A stretch of DNA of 64,000 bases, taken from the NCBI GenBank assembly GCA_964016885.1, contig OZ024742.1, forward strand, positions 26,722,001 through 26,786,000, written 5' to 3'. This document shows, piece by piece, positions 1-14,019 of the stretch (position 1 is its first letter; the number at the start of each line of letters is the position of its first letter). Source of the DNA: Eledone cirrhosa (Eukaryota). Below the pieces are notes generated by a model. It made no database searches and was not told the origin of the DNA. It saw only the letters and a list, made by a program, of their open reading frames with translations. Position numbers and translations under genes: made by a program.

Positions 1-687
1 GTGAGGAAAGTATAGATTTTATGCCACCTTTGTTTAGCATGGCTTCTAAGTTGTCTGCGGATTTCTTTCATTGACTTATTAACAAATATAATTGTTTTGT
101 GATGGCGCAAAAATAAGAATTCTTTTGAAATTAGGTGATAAAAAGCTCAGTCAGAAGACAGTATTTTTAGTTCCAAGATATCGGATTAAAATGGAATATA
201 TTGATCGGACGTATACACATGTATGTCCAAAAAGGTGGATTATAATATAAAATTATTAGGTCACACTTTTGTAGCAGATGGCAGTAGTCTATTTGAAAAG
301 GCCAAGTGTATGACTGGTACTTTTCTAGCAATCAGGAATGATCAAATCTAACGGTGGTCGATCACATGCAATGTATTCCTTTAATTTAGAGCAAGAATGC
401 AAATATTACAAGGTAAATCCAAGAAATCTATTTCGTATCAATCATGAACGATTGAACGAAAGGTTAATCGATCATGTGTAACTTGTTCTTATACATTACA
501 GCAAGGAATTAAAAAACCATGAGGTATTGATCCAACATAATCCATATTATATATTTAATTTAAACAAAAATCGATTGGGATAACATTTAAATAACTTATA
601 TAGTAACTAGCCACAGTCAAATCTAATCTCATAAAACATTATATGATGGCTCAGTGTCAACGGGTCTGAATAAGGTCCCAATTGCTC

Positions 688-1300
688 TCATAAGTTTTCT
701 TCTAATACATTATATAGAAATGGGAGCCCACGCACTGGCCACCTCACGATCCCACTGGAGAGAATAGAGAAGGAGTTTCTCCGGAGGAGGGTGAGGGACA
801 TGTGTTGGAATTGGAATTGCCATTCCAGCTCATGAGGCTCACACCTGCGGGTAGCCAACTCCATGTATATGGTGAGTAGGGAAGTGGTCGTAGCGCCAAG
901 AACCCCAGAAGTCCCCACTGCTATGAGCTCGAACGCAAACCTGTTAGAGAGATTACCCTCCTCGGCATGAAGTGCAGCAGAGTTTGGATTAGTCATAGAC
1001 TTCACCAGGTTGACGCCGAGAGGAAAGTGTTGCTGCAGCTGCAGGGTTTACTGCCGCGGAATGGGAAGATCGTCATGCAGTCTGGCCTGTTGCCGTGTCC
1101 TCAGTCCAGGAGCATCCAAGCCATATAGTCATATACTATGCGACCCATCAAGATATTACGGTCGGAATGAATGGATTGTGAACAGGAACTAACCCTGGGT
1201 TACATCTGTCCTGCAATCTAACAGTTCACTGTGTGGGTTTGTCACTCTGTGGCCGAATAACATTCTAAGTTTGAGACATCCCACCGGGAGTAAAGTCGAC
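688..1300 (-). mobile_element. Degenerate 3' fragment of an RLE-type (CRE-like) non-LTR retrotransposon
   Basis: Frameshifted minus-strand translation gives GNRPDCMTIFPFRGSKP, then RFAFELIAVGTSGVLG...HELEW...LTLLRRNSFSIL. This matches the RPDG...AVET.G.LG...QRGN..SIL pattern of CRE-type endonuclease C-termini. Confidence 0.65.
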
Positions 1301-1358
1301 TTCAATCCAGGTGGAATTTAGCAGAAGTAACCACAGTTAAACGTAAACATATCCCCCC

Positions 1359-1530
<172 letters not shown>

Positions 1531-1701
1531 ACGTCTCTTAACTGAGGGTTGGACAAATACAATGGCGATAAAACTAGTATCTAACGTGGGAAAATAAGTA
1601 ATAAACCGATAGTATCCGCTAAAGCAATGCGATGACTCGGCATGATCACCGTCTAATGACTTAATCATGTTAGTGACAGGAGAAAAGACGATACGTATAC
1701 A

Positions 1702-1732
<31 letters not shown>

Positions 1733-3058
1733 GTATGTATATATGTGTATGTGTGTGTGTGTGTGTATGGATGAGACAACGAAGTTTCACTTTACATACA
1801 TACATATATATATATACATATATATTGGAGATCGTCAGACTGAAGGATGACTCAGTCAACCTGAAATCGGAAATAATCATGACGTGCAGACACCAGAGAA
1901 GGTGCACACTCTCCACATGAAATCCACCGGGCAGCCCAAGCTAAAGCCATGCAGGGGAGCGCACGCCAGCCAGAATGGCCAAACGGGTTCAAGGGATCAG
2001 ACACCATACACTGTTAACTATATATCTCCCGTGGGGTAAGCCGAAATAACCCAGGATGCCTACCCGATTCTGCACGTCACCACCCTAGGTAAAAACATCG
2101 CCTGAGCCGCGACAGGTTGACCCAGATTCCATTGATATTCACCCAGTGCCTTACACCAATAAGACATTATACCTCAACCACAGTGACATACTCCAGTATC
2201 GCCTTTCCATGCCCTCCCCCTGCATGTGTATCTTTTCAGTAGAGAGTACATACTCTCCACGCATTCCATTTTGTAACACCTAATGTATTTTCCGTATAAA
2301 GACCCACGTGTGTATCTCATACTTCTCTTGTGTACTATCTCATATGCATACACGTTCCTTCTTCTTTTTATGTATTTTGCACGCATTATCTATGTACGGT
2401 CTGCGTATACTATTCACTGTAATACCATGAAAGCATATTATGTGGTTTTGCGTGAGGATTCCATACGTGGATTGATCCATGTTCACAACGTAACAACATC
2501 TCTGTAGGCACATATTACAAGGTGCACCCTATCATGTATAGCCCACTGTGTATCTTTATGTGCCGTTATATGTCTATTTTTTTAACATATTTATTTATTT
2601 TTATACAGGACAAGAACTGTTTCATTCTTTAGAAATCATCAGGAATCTGGCTTTCCAAAAATAAATGTTGTGGTATTTATATCTTTTCGGGTGGCAGGAG
2701 AGGGTGGGGAGTGGGGTAGGTAGAGGTCATTGGTTGAAAGAAAAGGGAATTCATTAAAAGCTAATTCTTTAAGGCTATAAACAAGTTCAGAATGGGGTGC
2801 CACTCCTTATTTTTAAGTTTCTCTTAAGCTAACAATGCCTATATTTCAGGTGTCTATAAGATCGTTGGGGGTCGGTCATGATTGATGGATTTAAAGGAAA
2901 GGGAAATTCTTTAAAAGCTAATCCTTTAAAGTTCTACTTAGAGTCACAAAGGCCAAGAGAATTCTATAAACCAGTTCAAAATATTGGGTGCCTATCATAT
3001 CATTATGTTCAAATTTCTCTTAAGCTATATTCCAGGTGTCGACACACACATTCACACA

Positions 3059-3160
<102 letters not shown>

Positions 3161-3246
3161 CATATATACCTATACATACATATATACATATATATACATA
3201 TATATATTTATATATACATACATATACATATATGTATATATACACA

Positions 3247-3312
<66 letters not shown>

Positions 3313-3355
3313 TACATATATATATATACACATATATATACATATATATACATAC

Positions 3356-3426
<71 letters not shown>

Positions 3427-4132
3427 TGTATTATATATACATACATATATATATACATATATATATATACACAATATGTATGTACATATATATATAGTTA
3501 GGAATCAGGAAAATGCTTATTTTGATCCAGTTCGTGGTTAAGAAAGCCAGTTTTATGGACGGTTTCAACGTACGGTTAGGGGTAACTCCACAAGTTTGTA
3601 AGAATTCCGTTCAATCTTGGAGTATAAAGTATATTTTGTATTTACTAGTATAGAGAGAGTGGAAGAGGAATTAGAAAACGGAATAGTATAGAGAGAGAGG
3701 AAGAGGGAAAGAGTTAGGAAGTAGAGTGACAAACTGAGATGGAGGGAGGCGTAGAGGAGGATGGATTCCTTGATCAGTTTTGATACGTAGACTTCATGTC
3801 GTCGATTTAGATTTTAGTGAGTTAAAGAGAATTAAATTGTTTATAGGGTGAGGGATGGAGAGAGAGAGGGGGAGAGGGGGGAGATATAGAGAGATAAATA
3901 TATATATAAAAAAAATAAAAATAAAAATAAAGAAGGGGATGGGGAGAAAGAAGAAGAGAAAAGATAGCCAAAACGGGAAGAGAAGAAAGGAAGAAAACGA
4001 AAAGAAATAGGAAAGGAATGAAGGAGAAGGGAGGGATATAGGTATTGGTTTTTGTGGGTAATTAAAGGGGTTAGATGCAATAAGAGGGTAGAAAGTCTAA
4101 GTATAAGCTATTTGACAAGGGCTAGTAAGAGG

Positions 4133-4860
4133 TTAAGGGTTCGATTTGCACTTGTAGTGCGAACACTTTTCTCTGAGTCTATGGTTACAATAAATTGATC
4201 TTTCGATTTTATTGTTGAGTAACTTCTTCTTCGAACTCAAAATGTGGAACAGCTCAAGATCACATAATCGACAGCTTCTCATACCACTCCGATATGGGGG
4301 CGCGTTCGATAATGTTTTCCACTTCAAGGTGTATTGGTGGTTACTTTCCCTCACTTGCCAGGTCTTGTTTGCAAGGGTAGTTACATAACGATGTTGAGAA
4401 TGTTTCATTGCGTAACGGTGTGTATACCAACGGGCTTTAAATGTATTCCCAGTCGCTCCGATGTAATACCATTTCTGGTTGTCTGATTTTACTGTGCATT
4501 TGTAAACCAGGTTAGACTGCATACATTCATTATGTAATGGACATGTTTCTGGTAGGTGGCAGTTACATTTCTTGTCATGAGCAATTTGGCATTATTGGTC
4601 GGCTGCGATGCCTGTACAAGTGTGTTACGTTTTGTTTGCCTATTAGCGGGTGGTTGTGTATTAGATATTCTGATGTGTTCAATGGTGATTGTATTGTTAT
4701 TGTTATACATTTGTGTTCTGTGTCGTTATGTATCTTTTTAGCGTTAAGCATCTTAATGTGTGCCTCTATGTTTGGTGTCGTGGAGTAAGATAGTCTAATA
4801 GATTTAGTGTTAAGGATTTTGCTGTATCTATGTGAATCTGGAAAGTGCTTATTTATTATT
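4133..4860 (-). mobile_element. Penelope-like element fragment (linker plus GIY-YIG endonuclease), frameshifted
   Basis: ORF pieces KHFPDSHRYSKILN..SYSTTPN and LVYKC...YYIGATGNTFKARWYTH...CRLCDLE...LLN...CNH. Confidence 0.85.
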
Positions 4861-5147
4861 CTATCATCTTTATATATATACACACAAATATATATAGACA
4901 CTTGATGACATGTGGACGCACCTACACACAGCGATATGCATACAAACGAACGGCCACTCATACAAATACATACAAATAAGTACTCATAAATATACGCATA
5001 TACACAGGAACGTAAAAACAGCTCTGCAAGCAGAAAATGCAGATAGGTAAGAGGTACTTACATAACCATAGTGGCCGTGTTTCAGGTTTATGAGGAGTAG
5101 AGGTGGGGTGGGAAGGAGGTAGAGGGGCTAAAAGGGGGAGGTCGTTT

Positions 5148-5645
5148 CTAGCCATCGGGTATTAACACTGGCTTAAGGTATTTGAAAGTTGCAAAGTTTT
5201 TTTCCATGCAGTTCGGGCAGTGTTCAGAGAGTTTATTCAGTAGCGGGACCTTGGCGAATAACATTTTGTAGCTCTCTGAGATACAAAGGTCGCAGCCCAT
5301 TTGTCCTCCGTTGTAAGAGAGCGCTTGCTGGAGTATTTTCCATTTAAGCGTGAAGGGGGTGTAGTTCCTTTTGAGGTCCCAAACATAGAAGGCGAGTGCT
5401 GTCTGGTTTGATTTGTCCGGTCTCCTGAAGGAGTGGGTATGGGCATACCAATGGGTCTTAAAGTTATTGGAAGCCATGCCGATGTACGTCTTTTTGTTGT
5501 TGCAATCATCGGTGCCTGAGATGACATCGCATTTGTATACGATATCATTTGTCAGGCATTTGTTTTCAAGTGGGCAGGCTTCCTTATTTAGGCAATTACA
5601 CGAGTTCAAATGCATCACTGGTTTTTCGTTTTCTATTATATATAT
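5148..5645 (-). mobile_element. Penelope-like element GIY-YIG endonuclease fragment
   Basis: CNC..CPLENKCL, IVYKC..TYIGMASNNFKTHWYAH, CDLCISE, LLNK.SE motifs in ORF 5148-5735. Confidence 0.88.
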
Positions 5646-5718
5646 ATAGAGAGAGTGGTAGAACACTGGAAGGTAATATCCGTAATGGCAGAGCACGCAG
5701 TCCATGGGACCAGTTAGG

Positions 5719-5865
5719 TAGAAGTGGTTACACAACAGTTAATTCACCATACCGAGAAGAATTGTTTCACCTTAGCGGATCCTCAGCTCGTAAAGATTAA
5801 AAGCTGAGGATCCGTAAGGTGAAACAATTGTTCTCAGTATGGTGAACTAACTGTTTTGTAACCAC

Positions 5866-5870
<5 letters not shown>
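5719..5870. repeat. ~70-bp imperfect inverted repeat with hammerhead-like core, abutting (TA)n; probable inverted PLE pseudo-LTR end
   Basis: Arms 5719-5788 and 5802-5870 are reverse complements; CTGAGGA-TCC-GTAA-GGT-GAAAC-AATT-GTT at 5804-5832. Confidence 0.75.
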
Positions 5871-5924
<54 letters not shown>

Positions 5925-6265
5925 TTTAGATATACACCAATTAAACAAAGTCACAGGTATATATGTCTTTTGGCAACTTTTCACGATGTGGCTCAATGAA
6001 GTATTAATAAATTAAATAATCAGAACAAAATACTATAGAGTAAAGCGTGTCCAGAGAATAATTTGATAATATATATACAACATCTCTACTCCCAATCACC
6101 ATAATTAACCACACAAAAAATCAATTAGACCAGGTTATAAGAATAAAAGGCATCTATGAAGAAACAGTAAATAAATATACCACTGCGGCGTCTTCGCGCA
6201 CCACCGCTATAGAATATTTACCCAACATTTCAACAGCACGTGGAAATTAATTATATATATATATA

Positions 6266-6460
6266 GTAATAATAATAAATTTGAAGACTAAAATCCAAAG
6301 AGGGCTCGATAAGGATAAATATATATCAAATATATAAGAACCGTAGAGCAAATATTTATTAAAATAACAGATTAAAGTTTAAGCAAAGAATCGCTGCTTT
6401 CACCCTTAACAGGATCTTCTTTAACGATTATTTGCTTAAACTTTAATCTGGTATTTTAAT
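6266..6460 (-). repeat. Dispersed repeat (probable PLE pseudo-LTR end) with terminal fold-back
   Basis: 6266-6420 is the near-identical reverse complement of 28894-29048; 6358-6393 is inverted at 6425-6460. Confidence 0.8.
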
Positions 6461-7269
6461 ATATATATATATATATATTATTATTATTATTAGTACATGT
6501 CAATATACAATAGTGAGTTCATATATTGCGGTCATATAATATTCAGACGGCTGGTACGCTCATATTTTTATCTTTATCTTTATTAAGAAGTTTGTCTACG
6601 TAACTATTGTTTTAGCTTTGATGTAAAATGATATGCAGATCCCCATTAAGACTATGTGTGTTATAAATATATCAATATAATTCAGGATATTAAATACATA
6701 CATTTTTTATGATGTAATTCCTTTCATCTGTACTCTCCTATGCATATTTTGTTTAGTTACAAAGGAATCATATATTCGCCATTGAAAATTCTACTAACCA
6801 TAAATAAATTTAAATTTAATTTAAATATTGTTTTCATTAGCCAAAATGTTGCGAAGAAAATGGGATTGATAATTCTATTGTAGTCATATAATAAATTATT
6901 TCATACTTAGCTATGCAACTGCTAGACATTTTTGTTTATTTGTTCCTGTTTGTATTTTAATGACATTGAAATTATGAAATTCTAAGCCGGTCCCATTAAG
7001 AATGTACTACAAAGAAACTAATGTAATCTTTGTAAATAACCAATTGACATTTTGAACAATGAATATAAATGAAAAAAACGACTGACAAAATAATGTTACT
7101 GCTTCCTATGAACAGAATATTTATGTTTATCCAATAACTATTTTGATTGAATACTCATTGAATGTTGCACAATCCACCAAATACTACGGTATCAACACGT
7201 TTCTATGCAACGAAGCGCTGTTTTCTAATAGCTACATATTAATGGCAACCAACTGTAATAATTCTTAAC

Positions 7270-7460
7270 ATAGGCACACGGCAAGCAGTATTGGGAAAGG
7301 GATTCGTAAGTTATATCGACCAAACACCTTATTTTATCGGCCCCAGAAGGGTAAAATGCAAAACTGATCTTCGCAAGATTTGAACTCAAATCCTAAAGAG
7401 CCTCTACTAAATGCTAAAAGCAATTTGGCCGACACTCTAACGAAATCTCTAATCCACCGT
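7270..7460 (-). mobile_element. Old, diverged SINE copy
   Basis: Contains ttattttatcg...gatttgaactca, homologous to the younger SINE copies. Confidence 0.6.
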
Positions 7461-7737
7461 CTTGTAATAAGGGTTTCTCATTTTGTCAGAAATTTTTAAT
7501 CGGAATGGAAAATCGTTTATATTGTCCCATATTTAATTGATACATTGTTTTATCCGCATGAAAGGCAGATGTGAGCTCAGCCTTGATGCTCAAACCATTC
7601 TGCTAATCTTTCTTCTTCTTCGCCCACTTATTCATGGTGGGGTGGGGTCGTTTGAGCAGAGTTCACAAGCGGGTCCTGCCAGAAGAAAATCGGAGGTCTA
7701 CCCAGGGGTTTCCTGTCGATTGATTTTGCCTAATAAT

Positions 7738-7913
7738 TGTTTCTAATTTAGGCACAAGGCCAGCAAATTACCCAGTGCATTACTGGTACTTTATTTTATC
7801 GACCCCGTAAGGATGAAAGGCAAAGTCAACCTCGGCGGGATTTGAACTCAGATTGTAAAGGGACATAACTATGCTGGAAAGAATGGCGTCCGACCCTCTA
7901 CCGATACTGCCAA
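7738..7913 (-). mobile_element. tRNA-derived SINE with TSD
   Basis: A-box-like TGGCAGTATCGGT and B-box GTTCAAATCC on the minus strand; TSD ttgcctaataat at 7726-7737 and 7914-7925. Confidence 0.9.
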
Positions 7914-9102
7914 TTGCCTAATAATACCACTTCATTCTAAAGAAATAGAAATCAAATGATGCTAGGAGATTTAATGCGACCTATTGAAAATAAAACAAGA
8001 GTTTCTTGACTGATAAGTGTGTTGGAGTATTTAAATGGTGATAAGAGTGAAAGGGTCTTGATATTCCGATATTCTGAAATTGTTAAGCAAGTTGAGATTC
8101 CATAGTTAATTTTTGAAAGCCCTCAAGCTTCACTAACTGCTATGATGAACATTGGATTAAAGTAGGTATTGTGACAATGTAATTAGGTTCCAAGATTGTG
8201 TGTATTATATAACAACATACAATTACGTTCTTAGTTATATTGAGAAAGCAAAGCATTTTGCGAATGCAATGAATCTCAAACTAACATTATTGCATCTATA
8301 GATAACAGGTTCTCTCATGAATACTACTGAAACTAGAGATATCACATGTAATATGAAACATGGCAGCAGTTTGAAAATAATCCTCATCCATTTATAATTC
8401 CTGTTGGGTTTTGATATCAATCATGCTAGAACCTGAATTAGATTTCACTATTTTGTTGTTGTTTGTTTTTGACTGTTATTTCTTTTTTATTTCAAGCGTC
8501 TATGAGATGTACATTATCTCACAATCGAAAACATATTTTTATATTTGATAACATTGATACGCGTAACTATCCTCTCTTAGTACAACAGATGGAACAGTAA
8601 TTTGTTGCATTATTTGCAGTGGGCAGTGCCCAGAATAACAGAAGGAAAGAAGAAAAAATCACAAAATAGCTAACGACGACTGGAAATCGTCGCCTCGTTT
8701 CCAATCCGTTTCCGTTAATTTATGCCACAAAATCCAATGAGGAAGACAACATTATCAAACCATATCTAACATATGTTTCCTTAAATGACACTGTCTCGGT
8801 AACAAGCCATATAGAACGCAATATATTACGTTTCATATATTAGTTAATATGATAGTTAACACTGATTGAGCAGTTCTTTGATCAACGGCAATACCACAAA
8901 TGATTATTCTGGCTGTTTAGGAGTATGTAGTACTATGTTATCTAATGCATATTATCCTTGTATTGAAGGGAATGGAATGGTTTGATGTGAATTGGCTGCT
9001 ATTTTTAGCATGTTAAGTAGATGTACAACATTGACTCCTATTGGACAAGATGAAGAAGAGGCAATTGAGTTTTAATGCTTTCGCATCTTTTTTGTCGCTG
9101 AT

Positions 9103-9197
<95 letters not shown>

Positions 9198-9368
9198 CTG
9201 TGTGTGTGTGCGAGAGAGAGAGAGAGCGAGAGAGAGTATGGGTTTGTGTGTGTGTGTGTGTTTGTAAATGTATGTATTTATATAAACATACACACAGACA
9301 GACACACACATACTATATTTAGGTATATATGCGTTTATATGTCCATATATATATATATATATATATAC

Positions 9369-9404
<36 letters not shown>

Positions 9405-9422
9405 GTATATATATACACACAA

Positions 9423-9466
<44 letters not shown>

Positions 9467-9488
9467 GTGTGTGTATATATATATATAC

Positions 9489-9535
<47 letters not shown>

Positions 9536-9563
9536 TGTATATATATACAAACACATGTAAATA

Positions 9564-9594
<31 letters not shown>

Positions 9595-10408
9595 GCGTAT
9601 GTGAGTATTTCTGTGTTCGCATGTGTCCGTGTGGGCAACGCTAAGTAAATTTCACACTTCCATCTACACCTCTATTTAGTTTATTCAATTTGAATTTTTT
9701 TTTCCTAATTTACGTTAATGTCCTAACAGAATGTTTACCTCACGAAGCTGTACTCACAATAAGTTCACAATAATGTCGAAAAACTGTCTGTTGCAATGAA
9801 TTCGCTAAAACAAAATATGTTACTCTTTTATTATGATTACTGACAGGAAATGATGGAGAGAGAAATAGTGAAATGGAAAATTAGTTATTAAATTACAATA
9901 AACCTTAATGAAAGATAAACTTAATTTATTTTAAATAATCGATACATACGAAATGAATTTGAGGTAAATATTTGCAATATAAAGTTAATTATTTTTGTTT
10001 TCGTATTTTTATATGATTCATGAAAAACAGATGAAAAACAAATTATATATTTTCTGTTTGGTAATTTCTGTTGGTTTTTCTTTGTTTTGTATTCTCTGTG
10101 CTAACTTATTTCGCAATTCTGATCTGTCAGTCTGTTTTTCTCCCTGTAGCTAAGGTTGCAAGTCAGCATTGTTCAAGACTGGTTTATAATACTTAAATTG
10201 TTAGCAAGTTTTAGTCAACCGAAGTGACAATAGTTCTAATAATTGTATACTTCGTTGCATTTATCTAGTTTGATACACTGTCAGATAATCAGTACTATAT
10301 TGTTGGGTTATCTATGGCGGTATGCCAACATGTAGGTTAGATGCTGCATCCCTGAGGGATGAGTCAACCTGGCCACCAACAACTAGGTAACATTATATAA
10401 TGAGAAGA

Positions 10409-10584
10409 TTGGCAGTATCGGTAGAGGATCGGACGCCATGCTTTCCAGCATAGTTACGTCCCTTTACGATCTGAGTTCAAATCCCGCCGAGGTTGACTTT
10501 GCCTTTCATCCTTACGAGGTCGATAAAATAAAGTACCAGTAATGCACTGGGTAATTTGCTTGCCTTGTGCCTAACGTAGAAACA
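10409..10584 (+). mobile_element. tRNA-derived SINE with 17-bp TSD
   Basis: Same family; TSD attatataatgagaaga at 10392-10408 and 10585-10601. Confidence 0.92.
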
Positions 10585-10944
10585 ATTATATAATGAGAAG
10601 AGATTAAATTCCCGCCCTACATTGCTACGTTGTTTACTAATTTCGAAAGGTTACAAGTCAAAGTTGACTTTGGTGGAGTTCAATTCCAGAGCGTATAGAT
10701 CTAAAAATAGCCAACCCGGATTTGTTTTCTAATCTAGTCACTACCATTATTATCTTATTTTAATTTTGTAATGAGCGGTATCTTAATACAATAGATTTGC
10801 TGGTTATAGTAAACCAAATGTCATGTCCAGTAGAAAAGTTTAAAAAGACAAAGTACTCCTCTTTGAACAAGCCTACTACGACACATAAACTGAAGGCGAG
10901 TGTAAAGAGAGTGGTCCTACACTCCACAGAATTTGCTGATGTAC

Positions 10945-10978
<34 letters not shown>

Positions 10979-12287
10979 ATGAGTATGTGTGTGAGTGTGC
11001 GTATGTGTGTGTGTGTGAACTTATATAAATGCATGCATATAAATACATGTACAGATACACATGCACATATAGATACATATCAATTATTTCGTATGGCAAA
11101 AAAGACTCTGTATTGCATGAAGAAGGTTGGGTCGATGAATTATACACTATGGGAATAGTATTGAAGATTATTGGTCATCTCTCAGTTAACGATGCCTCAC
11201 TCAGTGGGTGTGAATTTTATATCTTAAATCCGGTTGAAACATTTGGGCCTTACATTCTTAGTAATAATAAATTCTGAGTAATGATAAATTTGATGCAGAT
11301 GTTGAGAGAAGCTTACCTCTCTGCTCTGCGTGCAAGTTATCTTTGCAGCCCTATTTAAACTTTTAATTAATTAAAGTACTTCTCATGTGGTCAGTGGACA
11401 CCCTACATAATGCATATATAGTTCGCAGCAAAAATTAATTTTGTGTCTAGGTTAAAAATCAATATTTAAGAAATTTGTTGAAATATATTTAATAATATTT
11501 GTAATGACATTGCCTTAAGAGGGAAATATAGCGGAAATTAAATTATTATAGCCTTATTATTGGTGATCAAGTGATTGTCTGACTCTGTTCACAGAGTCCG
11601 TTAAACTCAACAATATATCGTTGCTTTGAAAGTTAACCAATTATGGCAAAATAGCTGGCACAGACTTGTACAGAACTCTCTTTTTTCTTCTATCTATCAT
11701 ACAATGGGTTATTGTTAAGTGAAAGAAAAACCTATGTGTCTCATCTACCCAAGGACAAATACATCATTCGTTTAACTCTACTGTAATGTCTTCTGTGAAT
11801 TGTATCAGATTTCTGATGAAACATTTCTCCCACTGTCTTTGCCCAGTATATGTTTTTACTGTATATTTAGTGCACATAATCCTTTTAAGGTCTTCAGGAT
11901 TGTTGCAGTGATGCAGGAAGTTTTCATATATCCTTACAGCTGGTAGTAAAACTTAAGACAGAGTGAATTCTATTAAAATCAGCCACGATGCATGTAGTAT
12001 GTTGAATCAGACGGTGATTCAATTCTACCAGCCATGTAGGCAAACGTTGGGTGTGCAAACAAGGCATATCGTATGACGGTTTATCAATTTCGTCAAGCAA
12101 CTGATGTTAGTAAGTCACCTCTAAATCGTGAGTCCATGCCGAATGACTCACTTGCACAAACACAATCTTCTTTCCCTTTTATTGCTGTCGTATTTGTTGT
12201 ATTTCAGGAGTAAATATTGGTAAAACATGAAGCTTGAACTCGTCAATTACAAGATACGTGATATATTCCGCTGGCTCATCATTTCAG

Positions 12288-12469
12288 TGGCAGAGTCGGT
12301 AGAGGGTCGGACGCCATGCTTTCCAGCATATTTACGTACCTTTACGGTCTGAGTTCAAATCCCGTCGATGTTAACTTTGCCTCTCATCCTTACGAGGTCG
12401 ATAAAATAAAGTACCAGTAATGCACTGGATAAATTGCTGGCCTTGTACCAAAAGTAGAAACAATTATTA
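12288..12469 (+). mobile_element. tRNA-derived SINE
   Basis: Homologous to the 10409 copy along its length; ends gtagaaacaattatta. Confidence 0.9.
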
Positions 12470-13372
12470 GGAAGAAACTAAAAACGTTAAAACTTCATGA
12501 GAAGAAAAAATAGATTTACTGGAAAACTATAATAATTTTTTCTCATGATATACAAAAGGCGGTAAATTGGCAGAACCGTTAGAATGTCGTTCAGATTTCT
12601 TTGCGGTATTTGTTTCGGCGTTCTGCACTCAACTCAAACTGAACTGTTGTCTCCTACGCCTTTCAATATTTCGAGATCGATAGAAAAAGGCACCAGTCCA
12701 GTTCTAGAATCGATTCCTCCTCTATATCCCTTCCTCAACGATCTCTTTTACTTTCTCTTTCCTCAAGGAGAAATCAGTTGTGTTCAACTGTGTTGAGATG
12801 GGCTCTGCGCGGTTTAGAAATGCATTGACATGCAGTTTGTCACTGGCGTATCCCTACGGCGAATGCATTTATACATACATAGGCTTAACTATGTTTCTTT
12901 TCAGAAATATTATGTGAATGAAATATCAAAGCATGTAGAATATATAATACGTAGAATTTGCAATATTCGAGATGGCATTCACATGTAAGCTATTTAAATA
13001 TATAGGGTTAATTAATGTTATAATACAAATATCTCTTAATTTGATGTTTCGATAAATGTCATTGAACCAGCTTGGTAATTATTTACAATCAATGGCAAAA
13101 AACTAGTGCAGAATCTTCGTATAATGAACAGTTAGTTACTAATTCCTTCCTGTATCAACAGGGAACGGGAAGGAAAATTGAGGTTATCGTTACACACATC
13201 CTACATTTATGTAATATCAGAACGAAACATAGATGATAATGATGAGGCTGGTGTGGGTGGGGGTGGGAACAAGTATGGGTACATCAAACGAGATGTTGCC
13301 ACATTATGACAAATGAAAGAAAGTAGGAAGAGTGCATGAAAGAGTATCATGAAAATTAGGTAATTGGCTACA

Positions 13373-13433
<61 letters not shown>

Positions 13434-13839
13434 AATTTGTTTTGCAAGGTTTTTGATATGAAATCGTTATTGTTATATTTGGGGAGGGTCATATTGTTGT
13501 AATAATATTTCCAGAAATAATAACAGAATACACTCACTGTTTGGTTTGTTTTCGCTTCCGTATCGTTTATATCTCCTTAGTTAATTTATTTGGCAATCAA
13601 TGTTTATCATAGATTGACAACCGGTTAAAAATACAGATATAAATATATATATATACATAGTCTATCAAAGTTCTTTCGTTGCACACCTGCAACATCATCA
13701 GTGGTACTATTATGTTTCCTCCTATTGTATCGTATTGTATGTCTACGCCATTTTATATAAGTATAAACTTGTTAGCAAAAAGCCAAGGAGTCGGAGCACA
13801 GAGCACACAGTGTGTGGGAAGAGATATGGTGTGCAATAA

Positions 13840-14019
13840 TAGAAACAAAAAATACACACATTACAGAAGATAACTCTGTTAGGGACAGCAAGAATTTTGA
13901 GAAAAGTCTGAGAGACGAATTTCAAGGAAGCTTTGGTACCTCTAATCATTTTTTCGGATCTGCTTCCAAAGCTTAAATTTGGTTGAAGATCTGCCAGCGT
14001 TCCAGAGATAATAATAATG
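13840..14019 (+). mobile_element. 3' relic of an R4/Dong-like RLE element with (TAA)n tail
   Basis: 13861-13911 translates LQKITLLGTARILRKV*, the typical R4/Dong C-terminus; ends ataataataat. Confidence 0.6.

Noticed and set aside
1825-2175. GC-richer island after (TA)n
   Set aside because: No protein motif, second copy or structure that I could support; probably an unclassified repeat fragment.
2728-3040. Imperfect tandem duplication of roughly 150-190 bp
   Set aside because: Old local duplication with no further signal.
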